Below are positions 12,383 through 26,000 of a stretch of DNA of 64,000 nucleotides, in pieces. Both the position numbers and the translations under genes were made by a program. Below the pieces are notes generated by a model. The model made no database searches, was not told the DNA's origin, and saw only the letters and a program-made list of their open reading frames with translations. Position 1 is the first letter of the stretch. Every line of letters starts with the position of its first letter. The DNA comes from Azolla caroliniana. Its lineage: Eukaryota > Plantae > Polypodiophyta. The stretch covers positions 12,462,001 through 12,526,000 of the forward strand of contig JBHGNT010000010.1 of NCBI GenBank assembly GCA_043228905.1. Reading direction: 5' to 3'.

Positions 12383-12556
12383 AGGCTGGCTGCAGATTTC
12401 TTGTCTAATTATATCTTCTTGGCTGTTGGAAGAGTGGGTTCGAGCACTGATTTCATTGCCCAAAGGGTTGAATATGTTCCGGATCAAGAGAAACGAAGCA
12501 TGTTGATGGATCTCATTCATTCTCAGAAGGCAAATGGGAGTCAAGGGCAAGGAAAG
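12383..12556 (+). CDS. DEAD-box helicase, next exon
   Basis: ttggcag|AGG...AAG|gtaaca; RLAADFLSNYIFLAVGRVGSSTDFIAQRVEYV...GQGK; 174 bp. Confidence 0.92.
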
Positions 12557-12645
12557 GTAACATGCGTGAATTTGAGTTATGGATTGCTGATACATAAATA
12601 TTTGTAGTCTGAACATTTTGATATTCTCTCTTTCTCTTATACTAG

Positions 12646-12870
<225 letters not shown>

Positions 12871-13126
12871 TGAAAATAATAGTTTTTGAATCAGGCATTG
12901 GATATATGCTCTCTTTTAATGTTCACATTTGCTAAAGGTTGTTGAGGAATCTTGCCCACATTTTTTGGTCCTATAGTCAATAATTGGTTTGTAGAGACGC
13001 GGCATCCATAAATGAAGATGTAGGATCTCTACAAATTTTAATTGTGACCTTAAGGAACTCTAAGTTTGCAGTAATGGATTAGAAGGGAATTCCATATTAT
13101 AACCATGTTTTATGCATTGGATGTAG

Positions 13127-13627
<501 letters not shown>

Positions 13628-15624
13628 GCTGGAAAAGTGTTTCTTGTTCTTTTTTGAACATGACATCTGAGTCGAGATATACGTCCTCAGTAGTTTCGTT
13701 CTAATTAGAAAAAAAACATTTTCCAAATTAGTTTTCACCAAAATTCTAAGGGGTCACTTGTATTCTGAGTATTGAATTTTCATAGCAAGTAATACAAATT
13801 TGTGTAAATTAACAATTTTGCTGGTGACAGAAAGCTGAGCAATTTTCATTGGGAGATATTAACCATAACATTTGGTAGTGGTGAAGCTCGCACATGAGTA
13901 ACAATTGCCAAGTTTTGTAGTATTTCGAAGTCTGAAATTTCTTTTTGTAATACTCTTGCATTTCACCTTTATTTATTATTCATTATCCACCTGCAAAGTA
14001 TACATCGACTGACTGGGTTTTGTTGGACTTTTGTGACTAAGTTCATACGCCCAAAACATATATAGATTAAGTGCCACTCAGTATAAATTTGTGTGCTCCT
14101 GGTTTGTGTGACTTCCCTGTGCTTAGAAGATTAATACCTATATGTTCAGCCATTATATTTTGTGTGAGCATTTGCGTAGCAAGTTATGAATTATGTTGAA
14201 AATTCAGGACTTTTTCAAGGGTGAATATCACAATTTCTGTTGCCTAGTTTGAACTGTGAAAAAGCTGCTGCTTGTAGAAGCCAAGCTGTGGAGACACTCA
14301 TAGAGGAATTCGGTATGTTTTATTATCCTTGCCACTCTTTATCTTTTCACTATTTAGTGGACTTGCACAACTCTTATTGCTATGTTAGGATTCTTTTGTC
14401 TCAGTTCTGGCATGTGATAGCTTAGTTTGTAGCTGTTGTATAAGCTTCTTGTATATGTATGAATGCTAGTAGTCGTGAAAGCATTGGACACTTAATGGAA
14501 GGTGTGGAACGACATAGTAGTTTGAATCTTAATGTTGTGTAGTTTTCAAAACCCATAACTAAATAAGAACATGAATGAATGCCAAATTAGAAAGAAATGG
14601 GCGTTGTAACCATTATGCCTATTCTTGAGATATTTTTCATTTCGTCCACAGGCTTAAATACACATCAAATAGTGGGATAACCGTGCAATGGTTATGACGT
14701 TATTCATCCCCCTTGTCATCGTCAAAGCCATGAAGCATAATAATATTACATGTTCCAAATTGTTGGCTCCATTTCCTTTATATTCAATCTCTATGCAATT
14801 TAATTACATTCCACTACCAACTACATTTCAATTGTGCCATTTAAAAGTATGGCCCTCCTAAAAGCATGGATATTATATATATAGAAATGTTTAACCCAGT
14901 ATTCACGTATATGCATGGATGGTAAATAGATGTATAATCTCTAGTGGGGGGGCATTTGGTGAGATCGATCGATCTGGGCCTTTTGCTCTGCATCTATCTA
15001 TCTACCTATCTATCTAGTTAGTTAGCTCTAGATCTTTTCCCACTTTCTTGGTTCATCATCACTTGTTGGTTGTGTAATTGTTTTCTTCCTCCACAATGTC
15101 ACGGGCATTTGGTGATTTGCTTCATCTTTGGATATTTTCTCTCCGGATTCTCTTGGCTTCTCTCCTTGTTGCTTTCTCCTAATTAATTAAATTATATCGC
15201 TCACTCTTCTAGGCAGGTACCCACCGACCTCCAAACCCTCTATCTTGGTATACATACATACATATGTACATGTATGCATGCATGCATAGTGTGTTATGTG
15301 GAGTTATCTCTCCAGTTGATGGATAACGTAGATGAGATGAGGATCCTTCGCGTTTTGGCTTTGGCTTTGGCTTTGGCTTTCGTCAAGCTATCCCATGCAC
15401 AATATGCCTTAACATTAGCTTGAAACGCTACGCATTTAGTGAGTGAGTGAGTGCACTTGTCCCATTCTTATAAACACATATATAATTGAGCATTGTAATT
15501 ATAAGTTACTTGTTTGGTCACAATTGTTAGAAGTAATAAATAACTAATTAGTTGATAGTGAGCAACTACTTCGTTAATTACTAAATATAACCCCACACCA
15601 CAAGTTATTAATAGTAAAAAAACA

Positions 15625-16484
15625 TGGTATCAGAGAATCAATACTATGAAGCCTGAAAATATATTACCCGCACCATACTCTACTTTTGTTGATCAATATA
15701 TATATATAATAATAAAAAGATAATAGCCTCAACATTATGGCAAGCTCCACTTAAACAAGAAAATACTCGGTAGATAGACTTACCGCAAAAAACTACAGAA
15801 TTTGGAAACCAAGGATGGAGCTACTACTTGATTTGGAGGAGCTACTTGAAGTCATCACCGAAACCTGTCAAGCACAAAAAAATACACAATCAAAAGCATG
15901 GAAAGATTGGAAAAACAAAGACAAAAGGGCAAAGCTTGAAACACTACAGAAGAGACAAAAACCGAACATGATACATGGTACCTAGACACTAGTGCTACAC
16001 ATCACCTCACATATCGAAAGGACTGGTTGAATTTCTATAAGATTCTTTCCAATCCACTATCAGTTACTTTTGGAGACAACAAACGAAAAACAACAATTGG
16101 AAAAGGAACTATTGAACTCAGATTGTCAGACAATCACGTGATTACAGTCCCAAATGTCTATTATGTACTAGGACTAGCTAAACACCTATTATCAATTGGA
16201 CAAGCAACTGTAGATGGACTAATAATACAATTATGTAAAGAGAACGCAATTCTAATTTTCAAAACTGGAAACACAAGTACACAGTTGGTGTGTCCTAAGA
16301 AGACGCACTTGTATCCAATATAGAGTCATCCTCCAAATGCATTCTCAACAGTCTTGCAAATACAACACAAGAAAAGATCTTCACTAACTCAGTTATGGCA
16401 TTGCTGGCTACGGCATGTACATTATCAAGCCCTACAACAATGTCAACAACAAAAAAGAGTTCAAGGCTTGCCATCTAAAATATT
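15625..16484 (+). mobile_element. deleted Ty1/copia remnant (PBS, gag N-terminus, protease, pre-integrase)
   Basis: PBS TGGTATCAGAG at 15625; RLTAKNYRIWKPRMELLL; WYLDTSATHHLT near 15976; VPNVYYVLGLAKHLLSIGQ; LWHCWLRH; its 5' LTR start not resolved. Confidence 0.8.
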
Positions 16485-16834
16485 TGTTAGCCGGTCGGCT
16501 AGACAAAGTCTACAAGTCGACAAGCCAGTCGGAGTCGGAGTTGGAGGTGTAAAAGACTAGTGTGAAAGGAAGTAGCTGAAGTAATATTTTTTGCCAAGTA
16601 GTAAAATAGAATAGTTAAGAAAATAGAACAGTTAGTGTAACTGTAGGTTCTTGCCGAATGGCAAGTGTATATCTTGGAAAAGTCTCTCAGATCGCCTATA
16701 AAAAGGGATCGGGAGCATTGTATCAAGATTGATCTGTTTGGTTATCGTAATATAATTTTGGTTGATAGAGTATATTTTGTGTCAACTGCCTTGCTTGTCA
16801 TCTCTATTACGCATATTATGTATATAACTTAACA
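16485..16834 (+). repeat. LTR-like sequence (350 bp), no TSD
   Basis: TGTTA...TAACA ends, internal CTATAAAAGGG; flanks ATATT and ATCGA do not match. Confidence 0.55.
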
Positions 16835-16879
16835 ATCGATCAAGGTAGTATCTCATAATTGTTTTAATTAAGTAGGTAT

Positions 16880-16881
<2 letters not shown>

Positions 16882-16912
<31 letters not shown>
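16882..16912. repeat. (AG)n microsatellite
   Basis: about 15 perfect AG units. Confidence 0.9.
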
Positions 16913-16915
<3 letters not shown>

Positions 16916-17467
16916 GCAGCAATCTCGAATTCAGGACACCGGGTGAAGATGCATGTGAGGAGGGAGGCCAAGACGAAATGCAACATTGCTTATATTACCA
17001 GTGATCTCGTACGGGCCAAAGCGTTGGTAATATAATTTACCGCGAGGCATAGTGGTCTTGAGGTTGTGTTATAGAAGCCATACACGACCCCCCACATAAA
17101 ACTTTTTTGAGGAGTCTAGGTGATGACGGTCCGCAATTCTCTTGTATATACTTTGAGCATCACGCAAATTGTGGAGAATGGTAGCATGAATTTCTTGGAC
17201 CCGACAGAGATGATACGTGTAGTCTAGTTGGTTCGGATCGTTGGTTTTTACCCGAGACGCCCGGGTTCAACAACAGGCATTGGAAACACTATATACATCA
17301 TAGATCATGAGTTAAGGTGGCATTGATAAAAACCCTTGAACTTATTAAATCTTAAAAACGAGAGTGTGTATGAATAATCCTCAGTTGTTCAATGATGCTT
17401 GCGCAATAGATAAATATTATTTCTTTCTAATCAATGATTGCAATATTAAAAAGCGCACAAGATGTAA

Positions 17468-17540
17468 TCCATTGTAGTCTAGTTGGTTAGGATACTTGGC
17501 TCTCACCCGAGAGACCCGGGTTCAACTCCCGACAATGGAA
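17468..17540 (+). tRNA. tRNA-Glu(CUC)-like copy, near intact
   Basis: Perfect acceptor stem TCCATTG/CAATGGA, anticodon CTC, GGTTCAA; one G-U in anticodon stem, one C-A mismatch in T stem. Confidence 0.65.
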
Positions 17541-19659
17541 AAGACAATATCATATATCAAAATTTTGACGCATTTCATGTGTTAAATATTTGATAACTCA
17601 AAAACTCAAGACCTAAAGTAGCTGTTACAATAATGTACAATTAACAAAATAATCAATATTATGTTTGAAGGATTGATGACGAACTTTACTTTGATTTTTT
17701 TCTCCTAACATAAATTTCTAAAGTCAATCCCATTATTCGATTCATGGTAGAGGTTTCAAATGAAATTTGACAAAACATTAAGTTGTTGGGGACAAGAAGA
17801 TGTTGTATATTTAGTCAGGGTTATTCCTCAACATTGTTACGACAAATTAGTACACCAACAATTATAGTTTGGATAACTTCATACAAATTCAAAAAATATG
17901 CATAGATTGCATAATAATGGCCAACTATCCATGAGCATTGCACCATGTTTCTTTATTTGTAGCAAACGACTAGAATATTACATTAACTAATTTATTTACT
18001 AAATGAATTCCATTGTAGTCTCGTTGGTTTGGATCATTGCTTTTTTACCCGAGATGCCCGGGTACAACTACAGGCACTAACAACACTAGATACTTGGTTG
18101 TGGTTATTCGTCAACATTGGTACGACAAATTAGTACAACAACAATTATAGTTTGGATAACTGGATACAATTTCAAAAAATACGCATAGATTGCAGAATAA
18201 TGGTCAAATTGCAGATTTGCACTATGTTTCTTTATTTGTAACAAAGGGCTAGAATGCTACATTAACTATTTCATTTACTAAATGCATTCCATTGTAATCA
18301 AGTTGCCTTGGATCCTTGCTTTTGACCTGAGCCGCCTGGGTACAAGTAGATATATCATATATCATGAGTTAATGTGGCATCAATAAAATCCTTTGAAATT
18401 ATAAAATCGTAAATATGAGAGTGTGTTATGCCAACGCAAAATATAAATATTATATTTTTGTAATTAATGAATACAACATTAATAAGGACACAAAATGTAA
18501 TCCATGCATTCTAGTTGGGTAGGACACTCGGCTCTCACCCGAGAGACCCGTGTTCAACTACCGGCAACGGAAATGACAATATCATATATTAAATTTCTGA
18601 CGCATATCATGTGTTAACTGTTTGATAACTCAAAAATTCACGACCTAAAGAAGGTGTTACAATAATGTACAATTAATAAAATAATCAATATTATGTTTGG
18701 TGGATTGATAAAGAACTTTGCTTTGCTTATTTTCTCCTAACATTAATTTCTAAATTTAATCCCAATATTCAATTAATAGTACAGGTTTTGAAATGAAATT
18801 TAACAAAACATTATGTTGTTTGGGACAAGAAGAAGCAGTATATTTAGTTGTGGTTATTCGTCAACATTGGTACGACAAATTAGTACATCAACAATTATGG
18901 TTTGGATAACTCGATACAATTTCAAACAATACGCATAGATTGCAGAATAATCGTTAACTCTCGATCAACATTGCGTCATAGTTATTTATTTGAAGCAAAG
19001 CACTAGAATATTATATTAACTAATTCATGTACTAAATCAATTCTATTGTAGTCTCGTTGGTTCGGTTCCTTGTTTTTTACACGAGACTCCGGGGTACAGC
19101 AATAGGCATTGGAAAAACTAGATACATCATAGATCATTATGTAATCTCCCATCAATAAAACCCCTTGGAATGATTAAATGTTAAAAACGAGAGTGTGTGA
19201 GAGTAATCCTCAGTTTCTTGTTGATGCTTGCGCAATATGTAAATATTATTTATTACTAATCTATGATTGCAATATATCTATACACAAGATAGGAGCCATT
19301 GTAATCTAGTTGGTGAGGGACAATATTGTGTTGTTCGGGACAACAAGAAGTAGTATATTTGGTTTTGGTTAATCGTCAACATTGGTACGACAAATTAGAG
19401 TACACCAACAATTATAGTTTGGATATCACAATACAATTTGAAACAATACGCATAGATTGCAGACTATTGGTCAACTGTCGATGAGCATTGCACCATGTTT
19501 CTATATTTGAAGTGAACCACTAGAATATTACATTAACTAAATCATTTAGTAAATGAATTCCATTGTAGTCTAGTTGGTTCGGATCCTTGTTTAAGCAATA
19601 TAAAAATATTATTTATTACGAATCAATGATGGTTACGATAAAAAGCACACAAAATGTGA

Positions 19660-19732
19660 TCCATTGTAGTCTAGTTGGTTAGGATACTCGGCTCTCACCC
19701 GAGAGACCCGGGTTCAACTCCCGGAAATGGAA
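19660..19732 (+). tRNA. tRNA-Glu(CUC), best copy in the window
   Basis: TCCATTG TA GTCT AGTTGGTTA GGAT A CTCGG CTCTCAC CCGAG AGAC CCGGG TTCAACT CCCGG AAATGGA A; only defect G7:A66. Confidence 0.72.
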
Positions 19733-20915
19733 ACAACAATATCATATATTAAATTTCGGACGCATATCATGTCTTAACTGTTTGACAACTCAAAAACTCA
19801 AGACCTAAGGTAGATGTTACGATAATGTACAATTAACAAAATAATCAATATTATGTTTGAAGGATTCATGACGAACATTACTTTGATTTTTCTCTCCTAA
19901 CATCAATTTCTAAACTTAATCCCACTATTCGATTAATGGTAGAGGTTTCAAATGAAATTGGACAAAACATTATGTTGTTCGGGACAACAAGAAGCAGTAT
20001 CTTTGGTTGTGGTTATTCGTCAACATTGGTACGACAAATTAGTACACCAAGAATTATAGTTTGGATAACTGGATACTATTTCAAAAAATACGCATAGATT
20101 GTAGAATAATGGTCAAATGTCGATGAGCATTGCACCATGTTTCTTTATTTGTAACAAAGGGCTAGAATGGTACATTAACTATTTCATTTACTAAATGAAT
20201 TCCATTGTAATCAAGTTGCCTTCGTTCGTTGCTTTTTACCTGAGACACCCGGGTACAAGTAGATCTATCATATATCATGAGTTAATGTGTCATCGATAAA
20301 AACCCTTGACATTATTAAATCTTAAAAATGAAAGTGTGTTAGAATAATCCTCAGTTTTTTGTTGATGCTTGCAAACTTAATCCCATTATTCAATTAATAA
20401 GAGAGGTTTGAAATGAAATTTGACAAAACATTAGGTTGTTCGGGACAAGAAGAAACAATATATTTAGTCGTGGTTATTTGTCAACATGGTTAGGACAAAT
20501 TAGTACACCAACAATTATAGTTTGGATAACTTCATAGAATTTCCAAAAATACCCATAGATTGTAGAATAATAGTGAACTCTCGATCAAAATTGCGTCATA
20601 GTTCTTTATTTAAAGCAAAGCACTAGAATATTACATTAAGTAATTCATGTACTAAATCAATTCTATTGTAGTCTAGTTGGTTCAGATCCTTGTGTTTTAC
20701 ACGAGACTCCGGGGTACAACAATAGGCATTGGAAAAACTAGATACATCATAGATTATTATGTGATGTCACATCGATGAAAACCCCTAGAAATTATTAAAT
20801 GTTAAAACCAAGAGTATGTTAGAATAATCCTCAATTTCTTGTTGATGCTTGCACAATATGTAAGTATTATTTATTACTAATCTATGATTGGAATATATCT
20901 ATACACAAGATAGGA

Positions 20916-20988
20916 GCCATTGTAGTCTAGTTGTTTAGGATACTTGGCTGTCACCCGAGAGAGTCGGCTTCAACTCCTGGCAATGGGA
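20916..20988 (+). pseudogene. tRNA-Glu-derived pseudogene with anticodon GTC
   Basis: CTTGG CTGTCAC CCGAG; D-loop GG lost, T stem damaged. Confidence 0.7.
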
Positions 20989-23019
20989 ACGACAATATCA
21001 TATACTAAATTTTGGACGCATATCATGTGTTAACTGTTTGATAACTTAACAACTAGAGGCCTAAAGTAGATGTTACAATAATGTACAATTAACAAAATAA
21101 TCAATATTATGTTTGAAGGATTGATGACGAACTTTACTTTGATTTTTCTCTCCTAACGTCACTTTCTAAACTTAATCCTATTATTTAGTTAATGGTAGAG
21201 AATTCAAATGAAATTGGACAAAAGATTATGTTATTCGGGACAACAAGAAGTAGTATATTTGGTTGTGGTGATTCGTCAATATTGGTACGACAAATTAATA
21301 CACCAACAATTATAGTTTAGATAACTCGATACAATTTCAAACAATGCACATAGATTGCAGAATAATGATCAACTGTCGATGAGCATTGCACCATGTTTCT
21401 TTATTTGTAACAATAAGTTGCCTCGGATCTTTGCTTTTTACTTGAGACACCCGGGTACAAGTAGATCTATAATATATCATGAGTCAATGAGTATTGCACC
21501 ATGTGTCTTTATTTGAAACAAAGGACTAGAATGGTACATTTACTAAATGAATTCCATTGTAATCAAGTCGCCTCGGATCCTTCCTTTTTACCTGAGACGC
21601 CCGGGTACAAGTGGAGCTATCATATATCATGAGTCAATCAAAAAATCATGACCTGAAGTAGCTTTTACAATAATGTAAAATTAACAAAATAATTAATATT
21701 ATGTTTGAAGGATTGATGACGAACGTTACTTTGAGTTTTCTCTACTAACATCAATTTCTAAACTTAATCCCATCGTTCGATTAATGGTAGAGGTTTCAAA
21801 TGAAATTGGAATAAACATTACGTTGTTTGGGACAAGAAGAAGCAGTATATTTAGTTGTGGTTATTCCTCAACATTGTTACGATAAATTAGTACACCAACA
21901 ATTATAGTTTGGATAACTCAATACAATTTCAAACAATTCGCATAGATTGCAAAATAATGGGTAACTGTTGATGACGATTGTACCATGTTTCCTTATTTGT
22001 AACAAAGGACTAGAATGGTATATTAACTAATTCATTTACTAAATGAATTCCATTGTAATCAAGTTTCCTCGGATCCTTCCTTATTACCTGAAACTCCCGG
22101 GTACAAGTAGATGTATCATATATCATGAGTTAATGTGGCATCAATAAAATCCCTTGAAATTATTAACTAATAAAAATGAGAGTGTGTTAGAATGATCCAT
22201 AGGTTTTTGTTGGTTCTTGCGCAAAGTATAAATATTATATGTTTGTAATTAATGATTACAACATTAAAAAGGACAGAAAATGAATACTAGTTGGTTAGGA
22301 TACTCGGCTCTCACCCGAGAGACCCGTGTTCAACTCCCGGCAATGGAAATGACAATATTATATATTAACTTTCCGACGCATATCATGTGTTAACTGTTTG
22401 ATAAAGTAGGTGTCACAATAATGTATGATTAATAACATAATTAATATTATATTTGGAGCATTGATAAAGAACTTTGCTTTGATTTTTTTCTTCTAACACC
22501 AATTTCTAAATTTAATCCCATTATTCAATTAATAGTAGAGGTTTTTAAATGAAATTTGACAAAAGATTATGTTGTTTGGAACAAGAAGAAGTAGTATATT
22601 TAGTTGTGGTTATTCCACAACATTGTTACGACAAATTAGTTCACCAACGATTATAGTTTGGATAACTCTATACATTTTCAAACAATACGCATAGATTACA
22701 GAATAATGGTCAACTATCGATGAGCATTGCACCATGTTTGTTTATTTGTAACAAAGGACTAGAATGGTACATTAACTAATACATTTACTAAATGAATTCC
22801 ATTGCAATAAAGTTGCCTCAAATCGTTAATTTTTAATCGAAACGAGCGGGTACAAGTACATATATCATATATCATAGATAAAAACCCTTGAAATTATTAA
22901 ATCTTAAAAACGAGAGTGTGCTAGAATAATGCTCAGTTTTTCGTTGATGCTTGCGTAAAATATAAATATTATTTATTACTAATCAATGATTGCAATAATA
23001 AATAGTGCACAAGATGTGA

Positions 23020-23092
23020 TCCATTGTAGTCTAGTTCGTTAGAATACTCGTCTCTCACACGAGAGACCCGGGTTCAACTACCGGGAATAGAA
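23020..23092 (+). pseudogene. tRNA-Glu(CUC)-derived copy
   Basis: Anticodon stem CTCGT/ACGAG fully paired; acceptor 3' strand and D loop mutated. Confidence 0.72.
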
Positions 23093-26000
23093 AGGACAAT
23101 ATCATATATAAACTTTTTGCAACGCATGTCATTTGTTAATTTTTTGATAACTCTAAAACTCGAGGCCGAAAGTAGCTGTTTTAATAATGTACAATTAACG
23201 AAATAATCAATCTTATGTTTGAAGGATTGACGAACTTTAGGTTGATTTGTTTCTCCTCACATCAATTTCTAAACTAAATCCCACTAATCGATTAATGGTA
23301 GAGGTTTCAAATGAAATTGGACAAAACATTATTTTGTTCGGGACAACCAGAAGCAGTATCTTTGGGTGTGGTTATTCGTCAACATTGGTACGACAAATAA
23401 GTACACCAACAATTATAATTTGGATAACTGGATACAATTTCAAAAAATACGCATAGATTGCAGAATAATGGTCAAATGTCGATGAGTATTGCACCATGTT
23501 TCTTTATTTGTAACGAAGAACTAGAATGGTAGATTAACTAATTCATTTACTCAATGAATTTCATTGTAATCAAGTTGCCTCGGATCCTTGCTTTTTACTT
23601 GAGACGCCCGGGTACAAGTAGATCTATCATATATCATGAGTTAATGTGGCATCGATAAAAACCCTTGACATTATTAAATCTTAAAAATGAGACTGTGTTA
23701 GAATAATCCTCAGTTTTTTGTTGATGCTTGCGCAAGTATAAAGTTTATATTCTTCTAATTAATGATTACCACATTAAAAAGGACACAAAATGTGATCCAT
23801 GAATTCTAGTTGGTTAGGATACTCGGCTCTCACCTGAGCGACCCGTGTTCAACTCTCGGCAATAGAAATGACAATATCATATATTAAATTTCCGACGCAT
23901 ATCATGTGTTCATTGTTTGATAACTCAAAAACTCAAGACCTATCGTAGGTGTTACAATAATGCACAATTAATAAAATAATCAACATTATGTTTGGAGGAT
24001 TGATAAAGAACTTTTCTTTGATATTTTCCTCCTACCATCAATTTCTATACTGAATCCCATTATTCAATTAATACTAGTTAGTTAGGATACTCGGCTCTCA
24101 CCCGAGAGACCCGTGTTCAGCTCCCGGCAATGGAAATGACAATATCATATATTAAATTTACGACGCATATTATTTGTTAACTGTTTGATAACTCAAAAAC
24201 TGAAGACCTTAAGTAGGTGGTACAATAATGTACAATTAATAAAATAATTAATATTATGTTTGGAGGATTGATAAAGGACTTTGCTTTGATTATTTTCTCT
24301 TAACATCAATTTTTAAACTTAATCCCATTATTCAATTAATAGTAGAGGTTTTCAAATGAAATTGGACAAAACATTATATTGTTCAGGACAAGAAGTAGTT
24401 GTATATTTGGTTTTGGTTATTCCTTAACATTGTTATGACAAATTGGTACACCAACAATTATAGTTTGGATACTCGATACAATTTTAAATAATACATATAG
24501 ATTACAAAATAATGGTCAACTGTCGATGAGCATTGCACCACGGTTCTTTATTTGTAACAAAGGAGTAGAATGGTACATTAATTAATTCATTTAATAAATA
24601 AATTCCATTGTAATCATGTTGCCTTGAATCCATGGTTTTTACCTGAGACGACTGGGTACAAGTAGATATATCAGATCTCAAGAGTTACTGTGGCATCGAT
24701 AAAAACCCTTGAAATTATTAAATTTTAAAGACAAGATTGTGGTAGAATAATCCTCAGTTTTTCGTTGATAATTGCGCAATATATAGATATTATTTATTAC
24801 TAATCTATGATTGCAATATTAAAAAGTACACAACATAGGATCAATATTCAACTCTCGCCTCTCACCCAAGAGACCCGTATTCAACTCTCGGCAATGGAAA
24901 CGATAATATCATATATTAAATTTCCGACGCATATCATGTGTTAACTGTTTGATCAATCAAAAACTGAAGACCTAAAGTAGATTTTCCAATAATGTACAAT
25001 TAACCAAATAATCAATATTATGTTTGAAGGATTGATGACGAACTTTACTTTGAGTTTTTTCTCCTAACATCAATTTCTAAACTTAATCCCATTGCTCGAT
25101 TAATGGTAGAGGTTTGAATGAAATTGGAATAAACATTGTGTTGTTTGGGACAAGAAGAAGTAGTATATTTAATTGTGGTTTTTCCTCAACATTGTTATGA
25201 CAAATTAGTACACCAAGAATTATAGTTTGGATAACTCGATACAATTTCAAACAATATGCATAGATTGCAGAATAATGGTCAACTTTCGATGAGCATTGCA
25301 CAATGTTTCTTTCTTTGTAACAATGGACTAGAATGGTACATTAACTAATTCATTTATTAAATGAATTCCATTGTAATCAACTTGCCTCGAATCGTTACTT
25401 TTTACTAGAAACACACGGGTACAAGTAGATATATCATATATCATGAGTTAATGTGGCACATATAAAAACCCTTGAAATTACTAAATCTTAAAAACGAGAG
25501 TGTATTAGAATAATCCTTAGTCTCACGTTAAGGGTAGAGAATTCAAATGAAATTGGACAAAACATTATGTTGTTCAGGAGAACAAGACGTAGTATATTTG
25601 GTTGTGGTTATTCGTGAACATTAGTACGACATATTAGTACACCAACAATTATGGTTTGGATAACTCGATACAATTTCAAACAATATGCATTGATTGTAGA
25701 ATAATGGTCAAATGTCGATGAGCGATGCACCATGCTTCTTTATTTGTAACAAACGACTAGAATGGTACATTAACTAATTCATTTACTAAATGAATTCCAT
25801 TGTAATCAAGTTGCCTCCGATCCTTGCTTTTTACCAGAGACGCCCGAGTACAAGTAGATCTATCATATATCATGAGTTACTGTGGCATCGATAAAATCCC
25901 TTGAAATTATGAAATCTTTAAAATAAGAGTGTGTTATAATAATCCTCAGTTTTTTATTGATGCTTGTAAACTTAATCCCATTATTCAATTAATAGGAGAG

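Noticed and set aside
14990-15460. Cluster of short microsatellites (CTAT, TACA, GGCTTT, GAGT)
   Set aside because: Only 3-5 units each; ordinary for plant intergenic or LTR DNA
16913-17217. Possible gene start (ATG GCA GCA after a GA tract) truncated by the array
   Set aside because: Four stops in about 100 codons, near random expectation, and no recognisable motif
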